NCBI GenBank assembly: GCA_963693365.1
Contig: CAVNZM010000019.1
Location: forward strand, 71,272 to 135,271
Origin: Amoebidium appalachense
Lineage: Eukaryota; Protista; Ichthyosporea
DNA length: 64,000 nt
Direction of reading: 5' to 3'
A program made the position numbers and the translations under genes. This document shows, piece by piece, positions 20,713 to 30,413 of the stretch (positions are counted from its first letter, which is position 1; each line of letters opens with the position of its first letter). A model generated the notes under the pieces. It was given only the letters and a program-made list of their open reading frames with translations. It did no database searches and was not told the origin of the DNA.

Positions 20713-21417
20713 ATGAAGCTCCAGCCGTTCTACCCGAACACCATCCCTCCCGAGGCCGTGTGCGTCTTTGTCGGGCCCCGTGGCAGTGGCAAGAGCATCG
20801 CCATGGCCAACGTCCTCTACCACAAGCGCAAGTACCTGAGCGCCGGCATCGCCATGAGCGCCACCGAGGACGGCAACCAGTTCTGGGGCCGCTTCCTCAA
20901 CAAGGCGTTCGTCTACAACGAGTTCCGCCCCACCGAGCTGCGCCAGCTCTATGAGCGCCAGAAGGACAGGGTCAAGAGCTGGACCAAGCGCACCTCCCCC
21001 AACATCTTCTGCATCGCCGAGGACGTCATATACGACAAGCAGCTCAAGACCGACCCCACCATCCGCCAGATCTTCTTCAACGGCCGCCACTTCAACTGGT
21101 TCTACCTCATGAGCATCCAGTACGCAAAGAGCATCCCGCCCGAGTACCGCAACAACATCAACTGTCTCTTCGTGTTCGCCGAGGACAGCCAGCTGGAACG
21201 CCGGAAGCTGTGGGAGAGCTTCTTCGGCTTCATCGAGTCCTTCAGGGAGTTCAACGAGCTGCTGAATGAGTACACCCAGAACTACGGCATCCTGGTCCTG
21301 GACCGCACCCACAAGTCAAATCGCCCCGAGGACAAGCTCTACTACTGGCGGGCCGAGCCGTCCATCCGCTTCCGGGCGGGCGACAGGAAGTTCCAGTCGT
21401 ACGGCAACGAGGACTGA
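20713..21417 (+). CDS. A32-like virion packaging ATPase
   Basis: VFVGPRGSGKS Walker A, CIAEDVIYD Walker B, IFFNGRHFN..YLMSIQY...IPPEYRNN. Confidence 0.93.
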   Translation: MKLQPFYPNTIPPEAVCVFVGPRGSGKSIAMANVLYHKRKYLSAGIAMSATEDGNQFWGRFLNKAFVYNEFRPTELRQLYERQKDRVKSWTKRTSPNIFCIAEDVIYDKQLKTDPTIRQIFFNGRHFNWFYLMSIQYAKSIPPEYRNNINCLFVFAEDSQLERRKLWESFFGFIESFREFNELLNEYTQNYGILVLDRTHKSNRPEDKLYYWRAEPSIRFRAGDRKFQSYGNED

Positions 21418-21452
21418 AAACCTGCACTTTTATTTTCTGTGTCCCTCTACTA

Positions 21453-22013
21453 ATGGACATCGGAGCTATTCTGGATGCCAAGATGATGGAGAAGAAGTTC
21501 GAGGCCGCACAGGAGGAGTTCAAGGCCGCACAGGAGGAGTACCGCCGCGCCATCCTGCAGAAGAACACCGACCTCGAGGCCTACGACCGCCGCAACAAGG
21601 AGCTGGAGCGCTGGGTCAAGGAGACGCAGGAGAAGCTGGAGCAGCAGATCGTGTCCAAAACCGAGCTTGCCGACCGCATGGAGAAGATGAAGGCCGAGTA
21701 CTGGGAGCAGGCACGCACCAACTACGAGAAGCTCGACAAGCGCCTCGAGGAGTACGAGAAGGCCCGCGAGCACATCGCCGCCCTCGAGCAGCAGGTGCAG
21801 CAGCAGCGCGAGATGCTCGAGAAGCACACCACGTCCCTGCAGGCCACCCGTGACCAGCAGGGCGAGGAGCGCGAGCAGCGCAGGCGCGAGCGCGACCGCC
21901 AGCTGGAGGCCCTCATCGACAGCAAGCTCGCCAAGGTCATGCCGCAGCCGCCGTCGCGTATAAAGTACAAGGAGCTGCTGACCAAGCTCAGTGATGACAC
22001 TCCGCTCTTCTGA
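21453..22013 (+). CDS. Coiled-coil hypothetical protein
   Basis: E/K/Q/R-rich heptads, strong GC3 bias. Confidence 0.65.
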   Translation: MDIGAILDAKMMEKKFEAAQEEFKAAQEEYRRAILQKNTDLEAYDRRNKELERWVKETQEKLEQQIVSKTELADRMEKMKAEYWEQARTNYEKLDKRLEEYEKAREHIAALEQQVQQQREMLEKHTTSLQATRDQQGEEREQRRRERDRQLEALIDSKLAKVMPQPPSRIKYKELLTKLSDDTPLF

Positions 22014-22482
22014 GACCTCGCTGGCCTACCAGGCTGCCGTCGCCTTCTACCGGAGTCACGGATGTGACGCACGTCTGCCGGCGCACCTAGAAGGCCGCAT
22101 GTACGTCGAGATGGCCCGCAGTGCCGTGTACCGCTGGGAGACCCACCGGTTCATCAACAGCCCGTCCGTGATACACCTACACCTTAACGGGGACGACCTG
22201 CTGCTGCGCGCGCTCCAGGCCCTGCGGCGGGTCAGCGAACGTTTCGAGGGCACCGCCTTTGAGCTCGATACCGTCAAGCTTCTTGAAATCGCGAACACGC
22301 TGGCGAGGGGAGAGCACGTGCACGTTATTCTCGGGTCGGGGCTGGTTCTAAAGAGGGGGTTTGTGCCCCTGGAGGGGCTGGGGTTGCTTGTCCCATGGAT
22401 TCAGCCACATTATGAAATCCCAAGCGACAATCTTCTGGGTTTATTCGTTCCAGACACAAATGCCCCGAGCGACGAGACGTAG
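21994..22482 (+). CDS. Hypothetical protein
   Basis: About 162-aa ORF packed between neighbours. Confidence 0.45.
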   Translation: MTLRSSETSLAYQAAVAFYRSHGCDARLPAHLEGRMYVEMARSAVYRWETHRFINSPSVIHLHLNGDDLLLRALQALRRVSERFEGTAFELDTVKLLEIANTLARGEHVHVILGSGLVLKRGFVPLEGLGLLVPWIQPHYEIPSDNLLGLFVPDTNAPSDET

Positions 22483-22668
22483 GCAGCCATGGGGACGTTC
22501 AGCTAGGCGTGGGTACAGCGCATGTGTGAAGGCTCGCAGGAGGTGGATGCCGCGGCAGTGCAGCTTCTGGCGCGATCCACGCTACATCCGTGTGCCGTCC
22601 GACCACAACTGGGGTCTCATCAAGGTCAATCCGGTCGGGGAGCTCGATGTTGACCCCTTCTAACGTTG

Positions 22669-23247
22669 TCACCGTGCCGTCAGGAACCCCATGATGCTGG
22701 CCTCCGTCTGCCGTGGGGGTGCGGGAAGCGGAGCGGGGCGCCTGGGGCCCTCCTTGATGGCGTGTCGGGACACCACGTAGAGCTCCTCCAGCACGAACGG
22801 GCAGCTGGACAGCTGCACGGGATGCGCCCCCTTCTGTGAAGCCGCACGGAACTCCTCGATGTCCATGTTGCCCCCGAACAGCTTGAGCACCGACCGTGGA
22901 GGGGCGGGGTTCGGCCACGTGTTCCAGCTTCCCCCCATTCTTCGGTACATCATCGACAGCAAAGAGGGGGCACGGGCCTTGACGTATCCGGGCATCACCT
23001 TCAGATGTGCCCGCGCGCACGCGAAAGAACAAAACACGTTGGGTGTACAATAAAACAGTTCCTTTTCCGCTTTGAATCGTATTGGTATGGCAACCAGCGG
23101 CCCCGTGAACGGGTGGCAGCAGTAGTGGCACACACTTTGCGTCAGGTTGACGGGGTTCACGGACACAACAGTGCCCGGAGAAACGCGTTGGTCGGGCAGG
23201 GGGGGGGCGATGTGGTTGGGGTTGGGGTAGTCGGGGTAGAGAGCCAT
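22669..23247 (-). CDS. VLTF2-like late transcription factor (zinc finger)
   Basis: CHYCCHPF...IP...FCSFACARAH...PAPPRSVLKLFGGNMDIEEFR, the NCLDV VLTF2-family signature. Confidence 0.88.
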   Translation of the reverse strand: MALYPDYPNPNHIAPPLPDQRVSPGTVVSVNPVNLTQSVCHYCCHPFTGPLVAIPIRFKAEKELFYCTPNVFCSFACARAHLKVMPGYVKARAPSLLSMMYRRMGGSWNTWPNPAPPRSVLKLFGGNMDIEEFRAASQKGAHPVQLSSCPFVLEELYVVSRHAIKEGPRRPAPLPAPPRQTEASIMGFLTAR

Positions 23248-23371
23248 TTAGGAAACTGCCCGTGCGAATGGGTTATTTATACCCTTTGGGCAAGCGGTGT
23301 TTGTACGGATTCGGCGTGTTGGGGTTGGTTGTTTATTGCCGTTTTTGCCACCCACCGGGCGCTTCACACGA

Positions 23372-23785
23372 TTACGCATGAACCACTATACCAGCTGGTG
23401 GTTTCGGTGCTATCTTGCGGGCCTTTTTTTTAGGAGCGCCGGGCGGGTCCGCCTGGGCCTGGCGCTTCTCCGCACTGGTGTCGGGTGTCGCATTGGTCGG
23501 GGGGGCAGGGGCGGCTTCCTCGGTTGCTGGGGGGGCGGGGGCGGCTTGGGCAGAGGCAGACTCGGCCTCGGCTTTTTGGGCCTTAGCCTGGGCCTTCATG
23601 AACGGAGCGATGCAGCGGTTCAGGTAGTGGCGCAACAGGAACTGTCCGACTGTGGGTCCGCCTTCAAAGAGCGGGTCGTCAAGACCCATCTTGTCGATGT
23701 CCCCGTCGTGGGCGACGGCGTACTCGCACAGGAGCTTCCACTGCTTGCGGATACCGACCTTCTTCTTGGACTTGGTTTCACCCAT
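23372..23785 (-). CDS. Hypothetical protein with Ala/Pro/Lys-rich tail
   Basis: 137 aa; TTTTCTATAC motif upstream. Confidence 0.55.
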   Translation of the reverse strand: MGETKSKKKVGIRKQWKLLCEYAVAHDGDIDKMGLDDPLFEGGPTVGQFLLRHYLNRCIAPFMKAQAKAQKAEAESASAQAAPAPPATEEAAPAPPTNATPDTSAEKRQAQADPPGAPKKKARKIAPKPPAGIVVHA

Positions 23786-23842
23786 TTTACCTTTTGGTAT
23801 AGAAAATATTTATTCGTGTTTTTGGGTTGCGGGCGGGGGAGG

Positions 23843-24379
23843 CTAAAGAAAGATCAATTGCATCTCGGGGTGTGAGACATAAAGACCAACCGGAGCTTCG
23901 GACGGCAGGTTGATGTACCTGTCCATACGGTCGGCAAACCAGCGCGGGGTGTCGGGTGACGGGCTACCGAAGGAGCAGATGCTTTCCTGTACGGGATACC
24001 TGATGAACGGGCCACCGAGCCTTGCCGACATCGTGTTCACCAGGTCCTCCTGACGGCGGATGTCGCTCCACATGTCTACCTCCATTGCAAGGCTGCCGGT
24101 TTCATGAGCACCCTCCCCACAGTATCTGTACTGCTGCCACTCATCCATGGTCTCGGGCGTGCACAGCGGGTACCTCGCGCATGTATCGTCCCGTGTTCCC
24201 ACAATGTTGGCGGGGATGTCCACATACGTCCGTGAGCGAAGCACGTCCCTCGTGTAGCCCTCCCTCTCTGCGGCGTAGAGTCTCATCGACGACATTACAT
24301 AGCGGGCGGATTGCGTGGCTGAAGCGTGAATGTGGGCCACAAATAAATCTCTCGCACCAACATGGAGATACCATGCCAT
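23843..24379 (-). CDS. Hypothetical protein
   Basis: ORF filling the gap between neighbours; start uncertain. Confidence 0.4.
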   Translation of the reverse strand: MAWYLHVGARDLFVAHIHASATQSARYVMSSMRLYAAEREGYTRDVLRSRTYVDIPANIVGTRDDTCARYPLCTPETMDEWQQYRYCGEGAHETGSLAMEVDMWSDIRRQEDLVNTMSARLGGPFIRYPVQESICSFGSPSPDTPRWFADRMDRYINLPSEAPVGLYVSHPEMQLIFL

Positions 24380-25069
24380 GCGCAGAACAACGGCGTGCTG
24401 AACTGCCTGCCCGAGGTGCTACCGTGCTACTACCCCGACACGGCGTTTCCGTCCCCTGACGCGCTTTTGCCCCGGGAAAAGTGCAAGTCCTACAATGCCT
24501 ACACATACCGCCTGCTCAAACGCATGTCTACGCTTGCCATAAACAAACACGCCCTGGACTACCTCAACATGTTCCAGACCGCACTACAGGAAAAGATCGG
24601 CATGTGCATCGTACACATGCTGGGCGACGCACGCCACGTCACCGTCAAGCTCAGGCACGTGGTCGGGGCCGCCCGTGTGTTCCTTTCGGACAGCGTGGTG
24701 CGTGGCATGTTGACGCGCATTCAGGAGAGCCTCGCCCTGTACGAGGACAACAACCTGACTGTCGGCACGCGCACCACCATTACGCGCAGGTGCAAGTTGG
24801 TGTTCCCCCCATCACGATTTCGCAACACCCTTCTCGCTCTTGACCCTACCGTCAAGTGGCGCGTCAGTGTCATCAGTGGCATCGCCTGCGCGTGCATAAT
24901 CCAATCCTTCACCGAGTGCGTCCTAACCGAAGCCCTGGCGCTGTGCCGCAAATCCAACCGCAAGCGCGTCATGACGGAGCACCTGCAGGACGCCTTCTAC
25001 CCCGCGCTCACCGAGACCAGCCGCTTGCTGGAACAGCACATTCACAACCGCACGGTGGCCCCTTTGTAG
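24362..25069 (+). CDS. Histone H2B-H2A doublet
   Basis: H2B-like YTYRLLKR..TLAINKHALDYLNMF...TVKLRHVVGAARVFL, then H2A-like TRRCKLVFPPSRFR...ACIIQSFTECVLTEALALCRKSNRKRVMTEHLQDA. Confidence 0.8.
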   Translation: MEIPCHAQNNGVLNCLPEVLPCYYPDTAFPSPDALLPREKCKSYNAYTYRLLKRMSTLAINKHALDYLNMFQTALQEKIGMCIVHMLGDARHVTVKLRHVVGAARVFLSDSVVRGMLTRIQESLALYEDNNLTVGTRTTITRRCKLVFPPSRFRNTLLALDPTVKWRVSVISGIACACIIQSFTECVLTEALALCRKSNRKRVMTEHLQDAFYPALTETSRLLEQHIHNRTVAPL

Positions 25070-25082
25070 CCCCCTGTCAGTG

Positions 25083-25619
25083 ATGAAGCCAATGCTGGGC
25101 CGCCGACTGCGCACCGACAGCCACAACCAACCGCTGGAGGATATGACCGGCTGGTATGCCTCAGAGAAATACGACGGCATCCGCTGCGTGTGGGACGGCC
25201 GAAGCCTGTGGACACGCCACGGCAAGCGGATCCCTGCCCCCCTCTGGTTTACAAGGGGGTTTCCCAAGCGTGTGCTGGACGGCGAGCTGTTCGCGGGCTA
25301 CGGCACCCGGCCGCGGATTGTGGGCATAGTTCGGAACATACAGAACAAATGGTGGCCAAAGGTGCGCTTTATGGTGTTCGACATGCCCGCAAAGCGGGTG
25401 CCCTTTGCAACCCGAATCGGTGGTCCGCCCCGACTCCGGGCAAAGACCATCCGGGTGGTTCGTCATATACGCGTCAGGAACAACCGTGCGCTGTACCGGA
25501 TGTTCAACCGTATCACCGGCGCGGGCGGCGAGGGCGTCGTGCTGCGGCAGCCGGACTCCCTTTACGTCAATGGGCGCAGCAAGGCATTCAAGAAGTACAA
25601 ACCTTTTGGCGTAGACTAA
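25083..25619 (+). CDS. ATP-dependent DNA ligase, nucleotidyltransferase domain only
   Basis: Motifs I SEKYDGIR, III LDGEL, IIIa FMVFD, IV GEGVVLR, V KYK; stop follows motif V. Confidence 0.88.
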   Translation: MKPMLGRRLRTDSHNQPLEDMTGWYASEKYDGIRCVWDGRSLWTRHGKRIPAPLWFTRGFPKRVLDGELFAGYGTRPRIVGIVRNIQNKWWPKVRFMVFDMPAKRVPFATRIGGPPRLRAKTIRVVRHIRVRNNRALYRMFNRITGAGGEGVVLRQPDSLYVNGRSKAFKKYKPFGVD

Positions 25620-25620
25620 A

Positions 25621-26580
25621 CTAGGGCTCGGGTGTGGGGATTACGCAGGCCCCGTATGGCCGTGCGGGGGCTGGCTTCGTGAGGCCTGGCAGGCCCGGCA
25701 CTGTCTGTGACACAACGTCCTTCCCGACCCCTTCTGCCGTCGTGGTGTTGCTCTTAGGGGGTGCCTGGTAGTACTTCAGCCACCCAAATCCGTCCCGTGT
25801 GCACACCTGGAGGTCGTTGAACCGGATGTACATGTCCCTGTCCGGCGCCCAGCTGCTGTCCCCGCCCCCGTAGAAGTTGGAAAAGTAGAACGTGTCGATG
25901 AACACGTCCTCGCTCTTGCGCCAGTCGATCTTGATGTTGACAGCGACCTCGCCGTTGTAGAATCCAACAAGCCGCCCGTCGTTCTTCCCGATTGTGTTGA
26001 GTCGGACCCAGAAATAAAGAAACGCCCACTGGTCCGTTGGCAGCCGCAGCGGTTTGCCGCTCGTGGCGTTCATCCACACCACATCCCGCCCCATTCTCTC
26101 CTTCTTGCCGTGGAGGTACAGGTAGCTCACGAGCTCGCCGTTCGTGCGCCACATGTTGCGCGCGCTGAAGCCCATCGATGAGTCGCGGCCGCCCGTCGGG
26201 CACGTGTTGCCGCACAGCCCAGGCAGCTTGCCGCCCTTGGCAAAGTCGTACGTGCTTTCGAACTTGACGCTGTATGCGTACATGGCCTCCAAAGTCCGGT
26301 CGAGGCCCACCTTCCACTGGAACGAGCACTCCTGGGTGCCGACGCACCCGGCCGGGAGTTTCATGCGCAGGCTGCCCTGGTGTGCCATCATGTTCCTGGC
26401 ATCGCCGGTCGCCATGGTCACGTTGGGCACGTCCTTGCGCAACAACTCGACCGCGTAGGGTCCGTCCGCGACGTTTTTGAACGTGCGATAGAACAGGAGC
26501 GCGGACCCGGCCGGGCACTGCGACCTCTTGCACTGCGCCGTGGACGCACACAGCATGGCCGACATCAACAGGCGCATCAT
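25621..26580 (-). CDS. Polysaccharide lyase family 14, with signal peptide
   Basis: YSVKF...FAKGGKLPGL, GFSARNMWR..GE..SYLY, FYFSNFYGG...WAP. Confidence 0.88.
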   Translation of the reverse strand: MMRLLMSAMLCASTAQCKRSQCPAGSALLFYRTFKNVADGPYAVELLRKDVPNVTMATGDARNMMAHQGSLRMKLPAGCVGTQECSFQWKVGLDRTLEAMYAYSVKFESTYDFAKGGKLPGLCGNTCPTGGRDSSMGFSARNMWRTNGELVSYLYLHGKKERMGRDVVWMNATSGKPLRLPTDQWAFLYFWVRLNTIGKNDGRLVGFYNGEVAVNIKIDWRKSEDVFIDTFYFSNFYGGGDSSWAPDRDMYIRFNDLQVCTRDGFGWLKYYQAPPKSNTTTAEGVGKDVVSQTVPGLPGLTKPAPARPYGACVIPTPEP

Positions 26581-26599
26581 TTAGTCGTGGGCACAGACT

Positions 26600-28669
26600 T
26601 TATTTCAACCGCAGCATGACAGTGTACTCCCCCGTTATGGGCGTGCCATGCTCGTCCTCGATCGACACCCCGATGGTGCGGATGGAACCACAGCCCACCA
26701 ACGACGTGTAGATCGGCATGACGGGCTCGTACACATCGTTCACCGCCTTCTGTGTCGGGACCACGGCCAGCGCGCGCAGCCCCCGCACGTTGCCCTTGAC
26801 CCGGGTGTTGTTGACGTCCAGGTGCACAAACAGTCGCTTGGGCGGTGTCTCACGGGTGTACGGGATTGCCTGCAGCATGCTGGTGGCGTGCCCGAACGGC
26901 CCAGGCGATATTGTACCCTGCTGCCCCCAGGGAGGGACCAGGAGCACAGGACGATCGACAAAGGGGTCCTTGCTGCACACGTTGTTCTGCAGCCCCAGAG
27001 ACCGGGCAGCAGGGCCGGAGAACGAGAAGGTGATGCTTCTGGTGCTGAAGAGTAGCGCGTAGGACAGCCTCGCGCTGGCTTTGAAATACGCAAAAAAGGG
27101 TCTCAATGATATCACAATCCGTCCGCGAAACATGTGAGTGTAGTTATGGGGGTCCATCTGGATGTTGAAGAGGAGTCTGCGCCAGGCACCGAGGTCGACC
27201 TCACGGGGGAAAACCTGTAGATATACTGCGGCCAGTTCTACGGTCTCGATCATGATATCATCGTAGCTGTCGAGACGCTCATACGTAGAAAAGGGTGGTG
27301 GGGGATTGACATTGACAATGGCATCAGAAAGCTGCTGGACACTCCGCACAGAAAAGTGATACAACGGGTACGGTTCCGCGTCGGCGTCGTCGAGTGGGTC
27401 TTGGTAAATGGATGAAAGGAACTTGTCCGGTTCAAACAGGTTTGGCCGCAGATCTGTGGGGATGCTGAATGGAATAGTGAGGCCGTGTACGTTGGTAACC
27501 AAGAAGTTTGCTTTGATATAGGGGTCAGCCTCTGTTGAACCGAATAGGACCCCGTTCTGTTCGTAGTTTGTGTGGCTGACAACGACGCGTATAAAAACCT
27601 GAGACTCGACCATGTAGAAAAGAGCCCTTGATACCAGGGTTTCGTCCCGTGAGGAGATGGCCAGCGCCACCTGCAAGGCCTGCCATACTGGGGCTGGCCA
27701 TAGCGCCCAGTGGTCCCGGTGCTGAAAGTCCGAGTCAGGAAGAACCTCGGTTTCTTTCAGTGCATACAAGAAGTCGTACTCATAAACATCCCTTGGAATT
27801 GTGCCCTTGACCAGACTGGTCGGATCGAGGACGGCATTGGGCTCGTAAAGTAAGAGCCTTTCGCCATACGATGCCTTGTGCGGAAAAATGAGCAGCGACG
27901 AACCCGGTTCATCAATCAGTTCAACATCTGGAAGTGTTTGTGACGTAAAGCGATACACAACAGCCGCGGCAGATTTTTCGGGTATGGTGGTGTCTGTGGT
28001 CCCAACAAGTCCGCCCACGACAAGAATGGCATTCGGGTCTTGGTACTGCATACGCCTTAACTGAGCAACTAATGCCATGGGGCCTTCTAGGTCATAGCGT
28101 ACATACATTGGCGCGTTGCCTACAAGGGCGCTCCCACGCAGCGCATAGCCGTGCCCAACAACCGTAGGAACAGCGTTGGATAGGCCGAGGTTTTTAGCAC
28201 ACGGTCTGCTGTGATTCAATGTAGTCTCCAGCATCTTGACAAGATCATTTAATTCATATGGGCCGTGGTCCAGTTTGATTTCCTTCGAATACACCTCCCC
28301 CCTATTTCCAGGCGCATGTGCAACGTGTCCGTAGAAGGCCCGATAGTGCACAGGTCGTGGACGGTCATGTGCTCCAATGTACAGGAGTCCCGAGCATCTA
28401 GGTTTGTGTCTTGGGAAAGAACAGAGGTCGGCGCACCGGCATTGCACAGGGCAACACTGTCATAGCGGGTCTCCTCGGAAGATTGCGGGGGGTTCCCCAT
28501 GACATTGAGATCGCGCCGAACACGGCCCTGCCCCCCCCCCGTCGCGCTGCCCAAGGACCATAAGATCGCGCTGATTAGGGGGCTGCCCGGGTGGGTAGCG
28601 CTGGTCGCGCTGGCCAAGGGCTTCCAGGGCATGCAGCTGGCGCTGAATATTTTGTTGGGCTATGCTCAT
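26600..28669 (-). CDS. Penton/minor capsid (single jelly-roll)-like protein with large insertion; two homopolymer frameshifts
   Basis: C-term PKRLFVHLDV...LAVVP...PIYTSL...IRTIGVSIEDEHGTPI...VMLRLK; N-part IKLDHGPYELNDLVKMLETTLN; reading frames join at G-runs near 28300 and 28535. Confidence 0.6.
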
Positions 28670-28693
28670 TTAGTAGGGGTTAGATTATGCTGG

Positions 28694-28873
28694 TTAGCTC
28701 CTCCCGGGTGGAGCAAATTTGTCTACGGGTACCGGGTTAGAAAGCACATAAAGCACGTCCATAGCTGCCGCAGGGTTGCCGGGGTCCCAACCTAACTCTG
28801 GTCGGTTTAGCCTTTCCATGATCTCCTGGGGGAGACACAACTTCGGACCCATGTACGTTGCAACTTGCTCCAT
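28694..28873 (-). CDS. Small hypothetical protein
   Basis: 59 aa, ATTTT motif 14 nt upstream. Confidence 0.4.
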   Translation of the reverse strand: MEQVATYMGPKLCLPQEIMERLNRPELGWDPGNPAAAMDVLYVLSNPVPVDKFAPPGRS

Positions 28874-28948
28874 GACATCCAACACAGAAAATGTCAGCCA
28901 CGCATTCGGAAACTATAAGAGGGGGCGCTGCCCCTGGGACAGCTCACA

Positions 28949-29452
28949 ATGGCTGATGATGTGCCCCGCCCACAGCTTGTGCGGACTGAAACCTATGTCA
29001 ACGAGCCCAGCAGGAGCCAGCGCAGCGCCCGTGAACAGGCGGACTTACAGTACACCCGCCTGAAAAATCTCATCCTGTGGAAGCAGATGATGGACGAGGT
29101 CGGGCTGACCAACGGCGATCTTCTCGAACAGTATAAGGAGCGCCTTGCTGTGGTGATGGGCCCCACACCATTGAGGGGTGCGCACATCACAGCTGCGCGC
29201 CTGCCACATCTTATGTCGGTCGAGGAGTATTTACATGTTGTGGGCGTGACCGCCACCCGGTCTGCGCGCAACGCGCTTGCGCGCGAGGTTGCCGCGGCCT
29301 ACCACACACGACACGGCTCTGGACCTCCGCACGTGCGCCGGTCTGGGTCACACGAGACCGAACTGTACACAGGCCGCGACCACGACCTGATAGATCGGGC
29401 GGTGCGGGAGCTTGGGCCGGGGCTGCACATGTGGAAAAAGAGCGGGCGATGA
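28949..29452 (+). CDS. Hypothetical NCLDV protein (antirepressor C-terminal-like domain)
   Basis: AREVAAAYHTRHG..PP...LYT.RDHDLIDRA pattern; TATAAG at about 28913. Confidence 0.5.
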   Translation: MADDVPRPQLVRTETYVNEPSRSQRSAREQADLQYTRLKNLILWKQMMDEVGLTNGDLLEQYKERLAVVMGPTPLRGAHITAARLPHLMSVEEYLHVVGVTATRSARNALAREVAAAYHTRHGSGPPHVRRSGSHETELYTGRDHDLIDRAVRELGPGLHMWKKSGR

Positions 29453-29504
29453 CGGGTGGGGAAGGGGGGGGGGGGTCGGTTTCTTATTTTCTGTGACTGT
29501 GTAT

Positions 29505-30413
29505 ATGGTTGTATACCTGATTGACCTATTCTGTGGGGTAGGTGGGTTTTCGCATGGGGCTGCTAAAGCTGGCGCGGTTGTAGCAGTTGCAGTCGACTGT
29601 TGGCAAGAGGCCCTTCAGGCACACAGACACCACCACCCCGAAGCCAAACACCTGCAGGTTAAGATTGGGGAACAACCACACGAAGAGCTGGTTAAATTGT
29701 TAACAGAAGCACTGCCACCTCTTCAACCCGCCGACCACCTACATGTTCATGCCAGCCCGCCCTGCCAGGAAGTGTCAGTGATGCGAGCGGGCAAGGGCGA
29801 CCAAGAGAGCGCAACCACAATGCTCGAGTACGTTCTCACACTAATGGACCTGCTGCCTTGTCAAAGCTATTCACTCGAGCAAGTCCGCAACCAGGCCATA
29901 GTACGTGTTTTGCAGCAACGGGGGTGTACATACAGGCTTGTTAACATGGAGCAACACGGACTCTGCCAGACACGCAAACGCCTGATTGTACACAAGGGAT
30001 GGGACCCCTTGTACATTCCCCTTTCGAGCGCCCTGACCATTGCGGAATATCTATCCCTTCCCTCTACCGAGTACTTCGTGTCGAATGCAAGTTTTTCACC
30101 AGGACGCTTAAAAAACCCAGTTTATGCAAACACCCAAAGAAAGAAGAGTGTCGCCCTTCGTGCATGTTACACTATTACCTCGAGGCCTTTCTATATATAC
30201 GACAAGGACATGAATTATGTACGTTGTCTTACCTTAGAGGAGGTGGAAAGCATCCAAACTTTCCCCAAAGGATATGTAACAAATTTGCCTTTCTCAAAAG
30301 AGATTATGCACAGGTTTATTGGGAATGCTGTTCCCCCCCTTATAGCAGAGCTTATGTTACGCCAGGTAATTGCCACACATAACACGGCAAATGACTTCAC
30401 AGGGGTCTTTTGA
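29505..30413 (+). CDS. DNA (cytosine-5) methyltransferase
   Basis: IDLFCGVGG (motif I), ASPPCQ (IV), LEQV (VI), QTRKR (VIII), QTFP and IGNAVPP (IX/X). Confidence 0.93.
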   Translation: MVVYLIDLFCGVGGFSHGAAKAGAVVAVAVDCWQEALQAHRHHHPEAKHLQVKIGEQPHEELVKLLTEALPPLQPADHLHVHASPPCQEVSVMRAGKGDQESATTMLEYVLTLMDLLPCQSYSLEQVRNQAIVRVLQQRGCTYRLVNMEQHGLCQTRKRLIVHKGWDPLYIPLSSALTIAEYLSLPSTEYFVSNASFSPGRLKNPVYANTQRKKSVALRACYTITSRPFYIYDKDMNYVRCLTLEEVESIQTFPKGYVTNLPFSKEIMHRFIGNAVPPLIAELMLRQVIATHNTANDFTGVF

